Program-made: the position numbers and the translations under genes | Shown here: piece by piece, positions 54,312-63,496 of the stretch | Position numbering within the stretch: the stretch's first letter is position 1 | How the letters are laid out: each line of letters begins with the position of its first letter | Notes under the pieces: generated by a model | Told to the model about the DNA's origin: nothing | What the model saw: the letters and a program-made list of their open reading frames with translations, nothing else | Databases searched by the model: none | Source: a virus | Virus record (IMG/VR): IMGVR_UViG_3300037805_000894 | Direction: 5' to 3' (one strand) | Length of the DNA: 64,000 nucleotides

Positions 54312-55805
54312 TTAATCAAGAAGCTCTATGCCTTCGTCTTCCCATGTTTTAAGTACGAAGTTATAGTTATTACCATTAGCGTCCAAGCGACTGTTGTAAT
54401 TGCCTAGAATTAAAGAAAGACCTTTTACATGTTGCGGTGCTAGCAAGACACCTTCATTAGGTTTAATCCCATCAGATACCAGACCATCCCAATACATAAT
54501 AAGCTGATAAAAATCCTGCACTGAAGCAGAGTATTTCTTAGCTTCATATATTATTACCTCTGCACCATCGTACACATAAAGATCTGCTAATGGGTTAGAG
54601 AGTATCTCTGAAAATACACTAAATTCTGTCTCGACATGTTTGTCGGCAGCGCGTAGATGTGTTTCTTTCAATGTAGCCAGTTCTTTCACTAATTGTTTCT
54701 CGCTTAGATTACCTACAGTATTCTTAGGTATCTTTGGAAAAGTTGTACGTATCCAATTAAAGAGGCGTTTTAATTTAAGATCGCCTGTTCTAAAGCCATT
54801 CTTAGATGTTCTTGTTTTAGGTAATGCTTTTTTATCTTTGGTGATCAAATTAATCACACCTAAGAAAGAGTTTTGATTAGGATGAGTTGTTAGCTCCCAT
54901 ATCTTAGCTATTAAGCCTTTTTCTATAATACGTCCATTAATCCTAATCTCTATACCAGCATCTCGCATATTTGTCCCATAGTGGCGCTTGTATTCAGCAG
55001 GGCGCATTTTACCGAAAGCATACTCGATATTTATTTTGCCATCACCTAGGTCATAAGGGATTACGTTTTGCCCAGGATTGTACATATCTGCCCACTTGGG
55101 CTTAACGGCAGGTACGCTAACGAAGCCAAACTCATTATCTAAATTATTAACAAGGATAGAGCATTGTCCTTTATCTAGGACGCCTGCATAGATATATCCT
55201 AAATCCTCGATCAGAAGCTTTACGGTTGCATCAAGGTTGTTGTCTTTTCTAGCTTTTAACGAATCGAACAAGTAACGCGTGCATGTAAAAGAAACAGCTG
55301 TTCCACTCGCAGGGAGAACAAGATTATCTATCAAGTGATGCTCTACGCTCATAGTAAAATCAAAAGGAGCTGATATCATTCTATGAAACGTATCCTCACC
55401 TACTAAACGTGTTTTCACGCTCCATGAATCATTAGCAGGGTTAGCTGTAGCTAAGGCATGTTTTAGACCAAAGCCATGCTCATTTAGCAGGGAAGCCTTC
55501 TCGTCTTTTTTGCCTATAGTAAAAGCGGATTCTAAATCTACTATACCTGGTCCGTTATCTACTATCTCTACATGCACACTAGTCTGAAGCTCTGGCTTTA
55601 AAGTAATGTAAATATTTCTATTCCTCCAGCCAGGGGGGAAACTAGCAATACTATTATCAATAAATTCACATAGTATTTGGGAGAAGTCATCGAAGTGCCC
55701 CCCTAAACCTTTCCATAAAGAAGAGGCTTCTGGAGTAATATTAATAATCGACTCTTTAGGCTTAGTGGTGGTTTGTTTATCTATCTGTTGTCCAGTACTT
55801 GACAT
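54312..55805 (-). CDS. MORC-like GHKL ATPase fused to a C-terminal PD-(D/E)XK nuclease
   Basis: EFIDNS, DNGPGI, HGFGLKHA, GTAV; C-terminal VETE...ADLY...IYEAKK...QLIMY. Confidence 0.8.
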   Translation of the reverse strand: MSSTGQQIDKQTTTKPKESIINITPEASSLWKGLGGHFDDFSQILCEFIDNSIASFPPGWRNRNIYITLKPELQTSVHVEIVDNGPGIVDLESAFTIGKKDEKASLLNEHGFGLKHALATANPANDSWSVKTRLVGEDTFHRMISAPFDFTMSVEHHLIDNLVLPASGTAVSFTCTRYLFDSLKARKDNNLDATVKLLIEDLGYIYAGVLDKGQCSILVNNLDNEFGFVSVPAVKPKWADMYNPGQNVIPYDLGDGKINIEYAFGKMRPAEYKRHYGTNMRDAGIEIRINGRIIEKGLIAKIWELTTHPNQNSFLGVINLITKDKKALPKTRTSKNGFRTGDLKLKRLFNWIRTTFPKIPKNTVGNLSEKQLVKELATLKETHLRAADKHVETEFSVFSEILSNPLADLYVYDGAEVIIYEAKKYSASVQDFYQLIMYWDGLVSDGIKPNEGVLLAPQHVKGLSLILGNYNSRLDANGNNYNFVLKTWEDEGIELLD

Positions 55806-56106
55806 CTATTATTCTTGGTTGAGCTTGTTTAAAAGTTTCCTCAGCATGCGTGAGGAACTCCTTTGATTTGTCTACTGCCCAAGATATGTGACGGAAAGAT
55901 TCTTCTGAATCCCCCCATCGATCTTTGTTATTAAGACAGAAGGTTATTAGTTCTTGGATAGCCTCGCACTGCGTGCAAGAGCTGGGTACATGTATTTTTA
56001 TTGTATCGTTCATATTATATTCTGTGACAGGGAAGGAAACTCGTTTAAGTTCCTCTTCCCTATCTTGTCTTTTATACAGTTCGTCTCTAGTATCGAAATC
56101 AGTCAC
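55777..56106 (-). CDS. hypothetical protein
   Basis: 109 aa; CxxC. Confidence 0.55.
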   Translation of the reverse strand: MTDFDTRDELYKRQDREEELKRVSFPVTEYNMNDTIKIHVPSSCTQCEAIQELITFCLNNKDRWGDSEESFRHISWAVDKSKEFLTHAEETFKQAQPRIIDVKYWTTDR

Positions 56107-56458
56107 TTTCTGCTAAAGCAAGCGTTAGTTGCTTAGCAAGCATCTTAGCATCACGGCGCGATAATTCCAGTATTTTTGTTGTTTTACTCGTATCCTCTAT
56201 CTGTACATGCCAGGTATATCCATCAAAGGATTGGATATGCCCTGTGTCCCCTATATCGTACATCTTCTCGCCTGCCGGTGTCTGTATAATTTCATCTGCA
56301 GAGATATCACATATTGGGCAGGGGATAGTTTCTGTTTCATGTACTGCGTCTTTTAGCTCGTCTTGAATGCTATCAAGCTCATCCCGAACAGTGCTAATAG
56401 CATCAGCAACTTCTGTTAGAATTTTATCGAGGAGTAGGTTATTATTTACGTTTGTCAT
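56099..56458 (-). CDS. hypothetical protein
   Basis: 119 aa; coiled coil followed by CPIC. Confidence 0.6.
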   Translation of the reverse strand: MTNVNNNLLLDKILTEVADAISTVRDELDSIQDELKDAVHETETIPCPICDISADEIIQTPAGEKMYDIGDTGHIQSFDGYTWHVQIEDTSKTTKILELSRRDAKMLAKQLTLALAESD

Positions 56459-56609
56459 TTTTGAACATCATTGTAATGTCTGCGGTGAAGAAAAGCGCCC
56501 ACAGAATGAGCGCTAGGAACCATGTAAGGTATCCTAAGTAAGGTGCTATGAAGTAACCCCAAAAAAGAAGGGTAGGGCAAAGCACATAAAGAAAGAATGC
56601 TGGCTTCAT
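56442..56609 (-). CDS. 55-aa two-helix membrane protein (not in the ORF track)
   Basis: MKPAFFLYVLCPTLLFWGYFIAPYLGYLTWFLALILWALFFTADITMMFKNDKRK; promoter GTTAA-N16-GGCATAA at 56616-56643. Confidence 0.6.
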   Translation of the reverse strand: MKPAFFLYVLCPTLLFWGYFIAPYLGYLTWFLALILWALFFTADITMMFKNDKRK

Positions 56610-56663
56610 AAGTCTTTATGCCCGTTAATAAAAAAAGATTAACAAAAAAGAAACCCTCACTAT

Positions 56664-57038
56664 TTAAAATAGTGAGAGTATGTATTTACGATCTCTGAGC
56701 CTGAACCGCCTATGGTTATAGACATATTCAGCCACGCTATCGCATAATTCCTCTTCCTCTTCGAGGGCGAGGTCGAGGTCGCTTTCGGCGATGCTTGCAT
56801 GAGTTACCTCATGCAAGCATGTGAGTACTGTATCGTACTCACTCAAGCCGCTATTGACCCAGACTGGGCGCCCTTTTAAGGTGGTGTAGCAAAGGCCATA
56901 TAGGCCTTCGCCTACGACCTTATGCAGTGCATCATACACAGCAGAGACTGCTCCAAGGAAGCCCCCAACTACGAGGACATTTTCACCTCGTACTCTCTCT
57001 AGGACTGTCCTTCTTAACTTTCTTAGGTTTTTTGTCAT
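56664..57038 (-). CDS. small HExxH metallopeptidase-like protein
   Basis: LYGLC, CLHEVTHA, EEELCD; promoter TTAAA-N17-GGTATAA at 57045-57073. Confidence 0.6.
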   Translation of the reverse strand: MTKNLRKLRRTVLERVRGENVLVVGGFLGAVSAVYDALHKVVGEGLYGLCYTTLKGRPVWVNSGLSEYDTVLTCLHEVTHASIAESDLDLALEEEEELCDSVAEYVYNHRRFRLRDRKYILSLF

Positions 57039-57074
57039 ATTAGTTTATACCAAAAAAAGGTGTTATAATTTAAC

Positions 57075-58250
57075 ATGGTTGATTTTAAAGACACAGGAGC
57101 ATTTGCGGCTGGAGCAGCGTTACCCGGAGCCTCGCTGGTGCAATATATCCGAGATGCAGGCAAAGTAGAAAAAGCGGTAAAAGCCGCGCCAAGGATAAAG
57201 CATAAGAAACTGCTAAAGACCTCTAAAGTAGGAGATATATTTTTACAAGGCAGACCAGCCAATGAACGTAACTATCTAAAAGAAATAATAGGTAAAAAAG
57301 GAGGCTTTAAGCCACGCGTATCAGCTCTTAAAGATTTAATGAAAGACGGACCTAGAATAATGGGGGAAGGGGCTGCCACGGCAAGCGGTTTAGGTCTACG
57401 CCACGCTGAGGTGCGGGTTAAAGGAGGTATGCTAGGAGGTGGACAGTCTCCGTATAGCGAAACATCTAAGCATTTATTAAGCGATAGAATTAGGCCTGAC
57501 CATATAGCTTCTAAGTCTAAACTAAGGAAAGGAATACATATAGAAACAAATAAATATCGAGAAGAGCTTGCAAAAGTATATAAGGTAGACCCCTCGCGTG
57601 TAAAGGCCATTAAATCCTATACAAGAGGTGGCAAAGAAACCTTATCGGGAGTAGAGAAAACCTTAGCTAAGGATTATAAAGAAATCTTCAAAGCTGATTA
57701 CAAGCAAAAATCGTATGAACATTTTAAAAACCTAGAGGAGCGTTTTAAGAAGCGGCCTACTCGCTTTAGTAAAGGAGCAATATCGCCTTTAAAGCTATCA
57801 CAGGCAACACCTTTCATAGCATTAACACCAAAAAAAGCTTTGACTAAAGCTGAACAAGAAGCAGTTTCAAGGACTGGAAAAAGGCTTGCTGGATCAGTAT
57901 ACGATACACGAAAAGCTGTTATGGACGGTGTAAAAAATGTACTACTGCCTACATTCAGAAGAAAAGCTAAAAAAGTATCTGTATGTGATGCATCAGGACA
58001 GCACTGTGGGACCTTGCCAGCCGCTATTACTAAGGCTACTGGTAGAGGGGTAAAGACTACCAATGCATTACCAACGCAAGCTTTATTTAATTCCAATTAT
58101 AAGATAAAAGGCGTTAGCAATAAAAAAGCTGTTTTAGATCAACTTAGAAAAGCTAAACGCTCTAACCTCTTTCTTCGTGGAGGGGCAGTCGCCGGGCTAG
58201 GCTTGGGGGCGCTAGCTCTGAAGAGAGGTTTATCTAAAAAGAAAAAATAA
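57075..58250 (+). CDS. very basic protein with permuted papain-like (NlpC/P60 YiiX-type) motifs
   Basis: KVGDIFL ... RHAEV ... GSVYD ... HCGTLP order; Gly/Ala hydrophobic termini. Confidence 0.55.
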   Translation: MVDFKDTGAFAAGAALPGASLVQYIRDAGKVEKAVKAAPRIKHKKLLKTSKVGDIFLQGRPANERNYLKEIIGKKGGFKPRVSALKDLMKDGPRIMGEGAATASGLGLRHAEVRVKGGMLGGGQSPYSETSKHLLSDRIRPDHIASKSKLRKGIHIETNKYREELAKVYKVDPSRVKAIKSYTRGGKETLSGVEKTLAKDYKEIFKADYKQKSYEHFKNLEERFKKRPTRFSKGAISPLKLSQATPFIALTPKKALTKAEQEAVSRTGKRLAGSVYDTRKAVMDGVKNVLLPTFRRKAKKVSVCDASGQHCGTLPAAITKATGRGVKTTNALPTQALFNSNYKIKGVSNKKAVLDQLRKAKRSNLFLRGGAVAGLGLGALALKRGLSKKKK

Positions 58251-58308
58251 ACGCCCTAGATAAAATCTAAGGCGCTCATTTTATGAACAATAAACTCGTC
58301 TATGTTAC

Positions 58309-58572
58309 TTACCAACAAGAATCATAGAGATCTTTAACCATACGAAGTCTTTCTTCATCAACAGGGCGATAGCCATTATCTATCTCTTTAAAATGCTTAC
58401 GCCAGCGCAAACGGTACCTTGCGTCGGTACTCGTATCTACATATTGAAAACAATTACAGCATGTTAAATATTTATTTGCGCATATTAGCGCTTCCATCAT
58501 ATCGCATAGATTTACATCTTCTATAGGGTCACATTCTTGCCCACATACAATACAAGTCATCTCTTCTGTCAT
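58309..58572 (-). CDS. Cys-rich hypothetical protein
   Basis: CxxC pairs. Confidence 0.55.
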   Translation of the reverse strand: MTEEMTCIVCGQECDPIEDVNLCDMMEALICANKYLTCCNCFQYVDTSTDARYRLRWRKHFKEIDNGYRPVDEERLRMVKDLYDSCW

Positions 58573-58838
58573 TATTCTTCCTCTGGGATATAACCAAATG
58601 TTACTTCGTATTTACGGCACTTACGGCAGTAGGCCTCTAGAAAGTCATCAAATGAGTACGAGTCATCGCACTCACCATCTAATCCACCTAACTCTGCTTT
58701 AAGATATGCCATGGATTTCTCATCACAGCGTAGAGAGTCTTTAAACTCTTTTATAGACTGGAAGAACGCAATGTTCCATCCAGTCTTATAGTAGCGCCTA
58801 ATGCTAAGCGTTAAGTCTTTATCTTCTATGTTCATCAA
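58572..58838 (-). CDS. hypothetical protein
   Basis: Coupled ORF. Confidence 0.55.
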   Translation of the reverse strand: MMNIEDKDLTLSIRRYYKTGWNIAFFQSIKEFKDSLRCDEKSMAYLKAELGGLDGECDDSYSFDDFLEAYCRKCRKYEVTFGYIPEEE

Positions 58839-59281
58839 TCTGTTTCTTTGTAAGGGTCTGTTTCTTTGTAAGGATCTGTTTCTTTATAAGGATCGTTCTC
58901 TATACTTTCATCATTAAAGTTTTCTATTTCTTCATAAAGCTCATCAAAAGCTTCATCGGCATCATTCTCTGAACAGAGATAGGCTATCTTTAATAGGTAA
59001 TCTTTAAGAATCTGCGCTACTTCTGTCATGTTAGGAATAGCTTCTGTGGTGCCGGCGTTCTCCATAAGGAAGCCTCTCGTGCGCTTTAAAAGGCGTATCT
59101 CCTTTGGCTCTAACATATGTAGCGCTTTGTCTTCTTTAAGAACTTTTGTAATCATTATAGCGACAACATCGTCTAGTTCAGCTGCGTTCTTGTTAGAAAT
59201 TTCTCCTGTAAGGCCTATTTCTAGTTCTGCTTTAAGCCCAGCTTTTGCTATTCTTTCGTTGTATTTGTCATCTTCGAACAT
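58835..59281 (-). CDS. acidic hypothetical protein ending in DPYKET x3
   Basis: 148 aa; 18-bp tandem repeat at about 58838-58895. Confidence 0.6.
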   Translation of the reverse strand: MFEDDKYNERIAKAGLKAELEIGLTGEISNKNAAELDDVVAIMITKVLKEDKALHMLEPKEIRLLKRTRGFLMENAGTTEAIPNMTEVAQILKDYLLKIAYLCSENDADEAFDELYEEIENFNDESIENDPYKETDPYKETDPYKETD

Positions 59282-59526
59282 TGTAAATCCTTTAAGGTTT
59301 CAATGGATCGAGTTAATCCATTATCTGGAGTATACGACTTTCTTGCGAGGTATTCAAGATGTTCGATGACAAAATTTAACTTATCTTCTTGTGTCTCAGC
59401 TATAGGGAGACCGGCGGCCAGCCAGCGATTTCGAGCTAAGTCCTTATATACATAGGCTTTATCTGTCTTTGTAATGCCTGTAAAAATATGCCAAGCCTTT
59501 TCAAAAGTTATATTAGACATCGGCAA
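59248..59526 (-). CDS. hypothetical protein
   Basis: Overlapping ORF chain. Confidence 0.5.
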   Translation of the reverse strand: MPMSNITFEKAWHIFTGITKTDKAYVYKDLARNRWLAAGLPIAETQEDKLNFVIEHLEYLARKSYTPDNGLTRSIETLKDLQCSKMTNTTKE

Positions 59527-59737
59527 ACATCCGCATTACTTTTTTTTCGATGCACTCAATAGTAGCTAGATTCATAGAATCATCGCCTTCTTTCCCAGCA
59601 AGATATCCTTCCATCCAACATTCTATTAAGTATTCCTTAAGGGTTTTGTCGGACGGAGGAGCGATCTTCTCATTCAGCTTACGCTGGGCTGTTTCTTCAG
59701 TCTTCGCAAGCATCTTACCTAGTGCATTATGTTCCAT
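59513..59737 (-). CDS. hypothetical protein
   Basis: 74-aa ORF. Confidence 0.55.
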   Translation of the reverse strand: MEHNALGKMLAKTEETAQRKLNEKIAPPSDKTLKEYLIECWMEGYLAGKEGDDSMNLATIECIEKKVMRMFADV

Positions 59738-59749
59738 GTAGGCATTATA

Positions 59750-60037
59750 TCAAGTATCAACTGGATTCATCAAACCTTTCCAAGCTTTAATTTTCTCCCT
59801 ATTACCCTGACACCCTATAGGAGCATGGTTCTGTAGAAAGTTAACCCAATCAGCCAAGACAGCTAAATTCGTCTTATCCGCCCTCATAAAGACCTCTTTA
59901 AAATCGTTAGCCATCACGGCCATGAGGAAGTGCCCGCCAGGCACACCTTCCTCTATCCATAATTTTACGCCAAGGCGCATATGTTTAGGTAGTTTATCAA
60001 TTGCCTCATCAAAGGCTCGTGGGGGGTATCTATTCAT
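59750..60037 (-). CDS. phage hypothetical protein
   Basis: GVPGGHFLMAVMAND...RAD..N. Confidence 0.65.
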   Translation of the reverse strand: MNRYPPRAFDEAIDKLPKHMRLGVKLWIEEGVPGGHFLMAVMANDFKEVFMRADKTNLAVLADWVNFLQNHAPIGCQGNREKIKAWKGLMNPVDT

Positions 60038-60081
60038 GATCTTTTAACTTGTTTAGTTCTATCGGGTCAATATCGTTCATT

Positions 60082-60438
60082 TTAGTTTCCTCTGTTTTTT
60101 GGGTTTCGGGAACAATCCATTTTATGTCCCATGTCTTTGATGTGGTTCTTGCACTCAATGCACCAACCTGTGTTATCCCCATCTTCCTTTCCAGTCCAAT
60201 GGTCTACCTTTTCCTGTTGGATACCTTGCGATGGGATTGACAATTGAAAAGGAACTTCGATTAATTCAAACCATTCTAGTTCTGGACAATAATTATCCAT
60301 CATCTCCAAGTCTTCGCTAAAGACTTCTAAGGCTTTTAGTGCCTGTTTCTTGTCCTCGTGGACTTCTTGTATCTCTGTAATTATAGGGGAATCTACTTCT
60401 TTTCCCATTAGGGCAATTATGTATGCTGTGTTAGTCAT
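60082..60438 (-). CDS. hypothetical protein with C-terminal CxxC..H..C
   Basis: 118 aa; SD GGAGG. Confidence 0.6.
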   Translation of the reverse strand: MTNTAYIIALMGKEVDSPIITEIQEVHEDKKQALKALEVFSEDLEMMDNYCPELEWFELIEVPFQLSIPSQGIQQEKVDHWTGKEDGDNTGWCIECKNHIKDMGHKMDCSRNPKNRGN

Positions 60439-60439
60439 T

Positions 60440-60691
60440 TTAGTTTACCTCCGTTTCGTTCCATGAATTCTTGCACCTCGAAAGGAAAGTTTCCTCGCTG
60501 ATATCACAAGAGTAGAAAAGGTCAGCATGGTGCACAAGGTCATCCAAGGTCGCAAGCAGTCGCGCTATCCGCACCAGTTCAAACCTTGTTGCGTCTGAAT
60601 AGCCCCTTTCGCTGACCTCAACTTCATCTGTTATCGCTTTACTGACAATGCCGATAGCGTGGTTTTGGTAATCGAATTCGCCGCCGCTCAT
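60440..60691 (-). CDS. phage hypothetical protein
   Basis: MSGGEFDY N-terminus; SD AGGAG. Confidence 0.65.
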   Translation of the reverse strand: MSGGEFDYQNHAIGIVSKAITDEVEVSERGYSDATRFELVRIARLLATLDDLVHHADLFYSCDISEETFLSRCKNSWNETEVN

Positions 60692-61323
60692 TTATCTTTC
60701 TCCTGCCCACAACATGGGCAGATGTTTTTAGTAATATCAATGCCCGAAATCTCTTTGAAGACATTAGCATCAAAGTTTGGAAGTGCTTTGAGCAATTCAA
60801 GGTCATGCTCCCCCCTTTCTGCCCAAGCCGTTGCCCATGCCTCTTGCATGGATATGGTTTTGAGATAACCGCCTGTGGTCTTGTGAGAAGGGGTTCCCTG
60901 CTTTTCGTTGGCTGTCATTTCATTTTCTGCTATCCACCTTGTTGGGGATATGCGGAAAAGGAAATGTGGTTTGTGCGCATCTGCCCACTTTTCAACTGTG
61001 CAGGGCTTATTGAAAGCACCAAAGCCTGCATAATCGATGGTGCTAAAGTGTCCAGTCGAGAAATTGGAAATGCTCCAATGCCCCGTGGAGCGCTCGCCTG
61101 ATGAGTAAATTCCCGTGGAGCGGTCGCCTGATGAGTAAATTCCCGTGGAGCGGTCGCCCGATGAGTGGTCGCCTGATGAGTGGTTTCCCGATGAGTGGTC
61201 GCCTGATGAGTGGTTTCCCGATGAGTAATGCCCCGTGGAGCGGTCGCCTGATGAGTAAAATCCCGTGGAGCGGTCGCCTGATGAGTAGTTGCCCGTTGGG
61301 TCTGTGTTTTCTGTTTTAGTCAT
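60688..61323 (-). CDS. pentapeptide-like (SSG/STG) repeat protein
   Basis: Likely start MTKTENT at 61323 with SD GGGAG; SSGDRSTG repeats; GAFNKP, GGYLKT, LPNFDANVFKEISGID. Confidence 0.75.
   Translation of the reverse strand: MTKTENTDPTGNYSSGDRSTGFYSSGDRSTGHYSSGNHSSGDHSSGNHSSGDHSSGDRSTGIYSSGDRSTGIYSSGERSTGHWSISNFSTGHFSTIDYAGFGAFNKPCTVEKWADAHKPHFLFRISPTRWIAENEMTANEKQGTPSHKTTGGYLKTISMQEAWATAWAERGEHDLELLKALPNFDANVFKEISGIDITKNICPCCGQEKDK
61081..61295. repeat. coding 15/30-bp tandem repeats
   Basis: CCCGTGGAGCGGTCGCCTGATGAGTA units encode the pentapeptide repeats. Confidence 0.9.
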
Positions 61324-61702
61324 TTGTTTTCTCCCAACATTTTTTACAATGGGTTGAGTACCATTTGTTTCCACGAAGTTTAACTTCGTCAGCGTCTTTA
61401 TCCGTCCCACAAATTTCACAAGTGTGGGAACATTGTTCTTCTGCTTTACGGATGATTTCGTCGATTTCATCCGTGTTGTATTTAACATAAATACGGAGAC
61501 CTCCATATTTTTCTTTTACTTGAGTGATATTTGAAGCGCCATACCACTCCTTAAAAGAGATGTCTGATTCTGTATCAAACCAAGCCAGAGTCACGGAAGG
61601 GGGGATCTCTAAGTGTCCTTTATGAATCCGCTCAATCTTTTTTACCGCTTCTGTTGCGATAGGTAGCCACCCATCCCCTATTTCATATGCGAAGTTACTC
61701 AT
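61316..61702 (-). CDS. phage hypothetical protein with zinc ribbon
   Basis: GDGW, QVKEKYGGLRIY, CEICG, HCKKC. Confidence 0.7.
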   Translation of the reverse strand: MSNFAYEIGDGWLPIATEAVKKIERIHKGHLEIPPSVTLAWFDTESDISFKEWYGASNITQVKEKYGGLRIYVKYNTDEIDEIIRKAEEQCSHTCEICGTDKDADEVKLRGNKWYSTHCKKCWEKTND

Positions 61703-61703
61703 T

Positions 61704-62486
61704 TTAGTTTACCTCGATTACGAGTTCTGAGTTGAAGAGGGTTTCCTCGAAAGGATAACCTCGTGGGTTGCAATAAAACTTGCAAGGGTCGTTAGTGAGT
61801 TTACCAATAAAAGGGTCGTGGGTGTGCCCGTAGAACCAGTAATCTACTTGTGCTATTGCTTCTTCCATGTCCTTACAAGAGAAAGCACCATTCAAATCAT
61901 TATTGGAATACTTGCGGGAAGTAAGTCTATCACTTGGCATGTGGTGGGTCATAACAATAATCTTCTTACTTGCATGATATTGCTTTACATATTTTATTGC
62001 GTTAAGGATATATCTGCGCTCGGAACTGTGCCGCTCCATACTCTGTTCTGGAGTGAAGGGAATTTCTTCGCCTTGAAAGATGTCTTTGATGTATCCTCTA
62101 TAATCAGGCATGAATATCTTTGCTTGCCCTATTGCTTTTGGGCATCCGTTGTGAAAATCCGTCCATAAAGGCGCACCAATAAGAACAAAATCATCTTCCG
62201 AAATTTTATCTGAGTAAGGGTTAAGTAGTGTAATGTTAGTCCCCTCTAAAACAGATTCCCAATCATTTTCTACCTCACGCATATTATATTTTGTGGAGTA
62301 GTAATCGTGGTTTCCCATTACAAGGAAAACCTTTTTGTATCTGTGGGCGATGTCCTTCACCTTTCCAAGATACTTCCCACCCCCTAAGTCTCCTGCAATA
62401 CACAAATAGTCTGCGTCAACTTTGTGGAATGTAAAGTCCTTATGTTCCAGATGAAGGTCTGACATTAAGTGTATTTTAGCAGTCAA
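61704..62486 (-). CDS. calcineurin-like metallophosphoesterase
   Basis: SDLHLE, AGDL, GNHDYY, THHMPS, GHTH, NPRGY. Confidence 0.9.
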   Translation of the reverse strand: MTAKIHLMSDLHLEHKDFTFHKVDADYLCIAGDLGGGKYLGKVKDIAHRYKKVFLVMGNHDYYSTKYNMREVENDWESVLEGTNITLLNPYSDKISEDDFVLIGAPLWTDFHNGCPKAIGQAKIFMPDYRGYIKDIFQGEEIPFTPEQSMERHSSERRYILNAIKYVKQYHASKKIIVMTHHMPSDRLTSRKYSNNDLNGAFSCKDMEEAIAQVDYWFYGHTHDPFIGKLTNDPCKFYCNPRGYPFEETLFNSELVIEVN

Positions 62487-62590
62487 TGTTAATGCCTTTC
62501 TGAACGTTAACCCTTAGAAGGGAGGTAGGTAGCCTTTTAAAGATAGATAGCATAACCTATTATAGTCATGCCGACAAAGGAACTAACGAT

Positions 62591-63055
62591 TTAATTACCC
62601 GTTGAGCCAAAACCGCCGTCAGACCTCTCCGTATCCCACATATCGTACTCCTCAGGAGGGATACACACTGGATGTAGTTGATCTACTTTGGAAAGGATGA
62701 GTTGGGCTATCCGCTCCCCTTTGAAAATTGCTACATCCGAATAAGGAAGGACATTTCGAAGAGGAATTTTTATTTCTCCCCTATAATCACTATCAATAGT
62801 TCCAGGAGCGTTAGGCATAATTACGCCTCTATTATACATAGAGGATCGTAAACGTAGTTGTCCTTCATACCCTTTTGGAATAACAACCTTTATCCCAGTA
62901 GGTACCAAAATTGCTTTTTGATGCTGAACCAGTACATCTTCGGAGGAAGCAAGATCAATACCAGCAGATCCTTCCGTTTTGTACTCAAGATTTTGGGTTC
63001 CTGTGTAAAGGAGATTAGGTTGGTTTGTATTGTTTTTCACTTTTCTTTCTTGCAA
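62591..63055 (-). CDS. dut: trimeric dUTPase
   Basis: GSAGIDL, RSS, GTIDSDYRGE, RIAQL, RSDGGFGSTG. Confidence 0.95.
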   Translation of the reverse strand: MQERKVKNNTNQPNLLYTGTQNLEYKTEGSAGIDLASSEDVLVQHQKAILVPTGIKVVIPKGYEGQLRLRSSMYNRGVIMPNAPGTIDSDYRGEIKIPLRNVLPYSDVAIFKGERIAQLILSKVDQLHPVCIPPEEYDMWDTERSDGGFGSTGN

Positions 63056-63485
63056 CTTCGTTTAAGTTTTGGATACCTTTTTCTGTATTTTTAACTTCAG
63101 CATCCGTTTTTCTTCTATAATCTAACCCTGTTTCTTTTAATGCAGGATTTTGTGTTCCTTCCTTTGTTAAATGATCCAAATTAGGAGTCATTGTAGCGTA
63201 AGGACTCATTCTATCAGTTTTTAGATCATTTTGATGTTTTTTAGACACTTCAATTTCTTTCGATATCCAGTTTTCATCTCTCCCTTTATAGTAGGAAGCA
63301 CCCTTACAAAGAGTACCTGTTCCTCCTTTTACAATCCCTTCGGGGCAATCTAAGATACGATCCGATTCGTAATTACAAACAGGACAACCTGATTTCCCAC
63401 CAGGAAAACATTCCCTATAGGTGGAGGGAGTACCTTCTACTTCAAAGTACCCGTGTTCTTCGCAATTAAATGTATAAAAAGCCAT
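63015..63485 (-). CDS. FmdB-like zinc-ribbon protein
   Basis: MAFYTFNCEEHGYFE...CPVC. Confidence 0.6.
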   Translation of the reverse strand: MAFYTFNCEEHGYFEVEGTPSTYRECFPGGKSGCPVCNYESDRILDCPEGIVKGGTGTLCKGASYYKGRDENWISKEIEVSKKHQNDLKTDRMSPYATMTPNLDHLTKEGTQNPALKETGLDYRRKTDAEVKNTEKGIQNLNEVARKKSEKQYKPT

Positions 63486-63496
63486 ATAGGTATATA

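Noticed and set aside
61081-61295. CRISPR array
   Set aside because: No unique spacers; the units are in-frame coding repeats
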